Virus record (IMG/VR): IMGVR_UViG_3300033067_000862
Coordinates: 1-35,190 of that record
Length of the DNA: 35,190 bases
Reading direction: 5' to 3' (one strand)
Origin: a virus
Taxonomy: Duplodnaviria > Caudoviricetes
Positions 34,028-35,190 of this stretch are shown one piece after another. The notes beneath the pieces are model-generated. The model was given only the letters and a program-made list of their open reading frames with translations. It was not told the DNA's origin and searched no databases. Position numbers and translations under genes: made by a program. Positions within the stretch are counted from its first letter, which is position 1. Every line of letters begins with the position of its first letter.

Positions 34028-34189
34028 TTAAGTTTCTGATGCCTGCGGAAGGTCGCCAGATGGTTCTTCTTTGGCCTCTGGCTCTTTTTCAGGTTCAGGC
34101 TTGGCTTCAGCGACTTGTTCAGTTTCTTGCGCTACATCGGTCGCCTGAGTTTCATTGGTGCATGTTTCGTCTTTTTCTTTATCTGGCAT
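34028..34189 (-). CDS. Small acidic disordered protein (53 aa, below ORF-track cutoff)
   Basis: MPDKEKDETCTNETQATDVAQETEQVAEAKPEPEKEPEAKEEPSGDLPQASET; SD GGAG. Confidence 0.6.
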   Translation of the reverse strand: MPDKEKDETCTNETQATDVAQETEQVAEAKPEPEKEPEAKEEPSGDLPQASET

Positions 34190-34290
34190 GATTAACTCCA
34201 TTTTTTGCGAGGCTAAAAAGACCTTGCTGGGTATGCCTCATTCCCCAGCTTGGCAATCGGCAGGATAGTACACAAGTTTTGATGATTTTC

Positions 34291-34836
34291 CTATGGCTTA
34301 AAGATGGTTTTTGTTTCTTTGGCACCGAAATGATACCATGCGCAGTTATCCATTCCGGCCGTGCCATTCTCCATCCACGACACGCGCCCGACCGAAACGA
34401 TGGCGGAGCAATATTTCAAGAACGGCTTGGCCTGCTTGGTGTGCATCCAGTCAGCATCAAACAGCAGCCACGTTGGTGCCTTTGCCCGGAACAGGTTAAT
34501 CATGTCGTGTAGTGCGCCCGTGCCATCTTCATTGCGTGACCATGGCGGGTTGGTAATGAAAAAATCCGCAGGCGGGAATTCGCCATCAAAAAACAGCACA
34601 TCGCGCTTAACAATGCCTTCTTTCTGTGGCTCCAGATCGCAGGCATAGACGCACTGGCCATTGTGCTTTTCCAGATGGCTTATCAGCAGGCCATCGCCTG
34701 CGCATGGCTCAATGAACGTATAACGCCTTGGCAGGTGCTTGAGCAGCGGCACGACCGCTGAGTATGGGGTTCGATAGTAATCCCTCTCTACCCGCTTAAA
34801 ATCGCTCCTTTTACCCATTCGGCTCTGGCTCGACAT
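34291..34836 (-). CDS. Small DNA N6-adenine methyltransferase
   Basis: DYYRTP, FIEPCAGDG (SAM binding), ITNPPW (catalytic). Confidence 0.9.
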   Translation of the reverse strand: MSSQSRMGKRSDFKRVERDYYRTPYSAVVPLLKHLPRRYTFIEPCAGDGLLISHLEKHNGQCVYACDLEPQKEGIVKRDVLFFDGEFPPADFFITNPPWSRNEDGTGALHDMINLFRAKAPTWLLFDADWMHTKQAKPFLKYCSAIVSVGRVSWMENGTAGMDNCAWYHFGAKETKTIFKP

Positions 34837-35143
34837 TTTTGTCGTACCATTCCTCTATAATCTGGTCTGTCAGGTGCTTAAAATCGGGGACGTGTATGAA
34901 TTTTTCATCAACATTTTTAATGGCCGCAATAACTGTGCTGTGATCGCGGTTGCCAAAATTGCGAGCTATAACTGGCAGGGATGCGCTTGTGAGCTTTTTA
35001 CATAGCCACATGGCGAGGTGGCGCGGCGGTATCAGGCGCTTAAAGCGCCGACTGGACTTGATTTCAATCATGGATATATCAAAGGCTTTGCATATCCGCA
35101 TTTGTATCAAGGCTATTTTGCCGTGCCATACATCTCCCCTCAT
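34811..35143 (-). CDS. Stand-alone DnaA C-terminal (domain IV) HTH protein
   Basis: IKSSRR...PRHLAMWLCKKLTSASLPVIARNFGNRDHSTVIAAIKNV. Confidence 0.9.
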   Translation of the reverse strand: MRGDVWHGKIALIQMRICKAFDISMIEIKSSRRFKRLIPPRHLAMWLCKKLTSASLPVIARNFGNRDHSTVIAAIKNVDEKFIHVPDFKHLTDQIIEEWYDKNVEPEPNG

Positions 35144-35190
35144 CCTTTTCCTCCCTGCGCTCTGGCATTTGCCCTTTCAATCAGGCATGG
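35140..35190 (-). CDS. C-terminal end of an upstream gene (truncated by window)
   Basis: Open frame ...PCLIERANARAQGGKG* with ATGA overlap to the DnaA_C gene. Confidence 0.45.
   Translation of the reverse strand, partial: PCLIERANARAQGGKG

Larger units (their letters stand above)
210..35190. mobile_element. Myovirus-type phage or prophage, partial genome
   Basis: Complete packaging-head-tail-lysis module flanked by early-type genes; no host housekeeping operon seen. Confidence 0.95.

Noticed and set aside
1-35190. CRISPR arrays, tRNA or rRNA genes, integrase or att sites, GTA/tailocin interpretation
   Set aside because: No spaced repeats, cloverleaf or recombinase seen by eye. Full head and tail modules plus phage early genes argue for a genuine phage.

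Overview
Most of a temperate-looking myophage (contractile tail; DUF1073 portal, DUF2213 protease, DUF2184 capsid, DUF3383 sheath type). The host is probably an alphaproteobacterium, judged from a DUF1150-like gene, a stand-alone DnaA domain IV protein and CtrA-like boxes. Layout: (1) 1-209 is the 3' end of an IS1595-family element inserted into a small XRE-HTH gene; (2) 312-5520 is a leftward early operon of small ORFs, including a C5 DNA methyltransferase with an overprinted second gene; (3) 5698-33707 is a rightward late operon: ParB-MTase, terminase, head, neck, tail, baseplate, fibres, lysis; (4) 33772-35190 holds leftward genes (DUF1150-like, N6-MTase, DnaA_C). No integrase, repressor or replication gene is visible. 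The most unusual signal is two extra tail-fibre/spike-like proteins (27856-31008) with Sec-type signal peptides and 8 locally paired cysteines each, which suggests fibres folded in the periplasm. All family names come from motif recognition and recall, not database searches.
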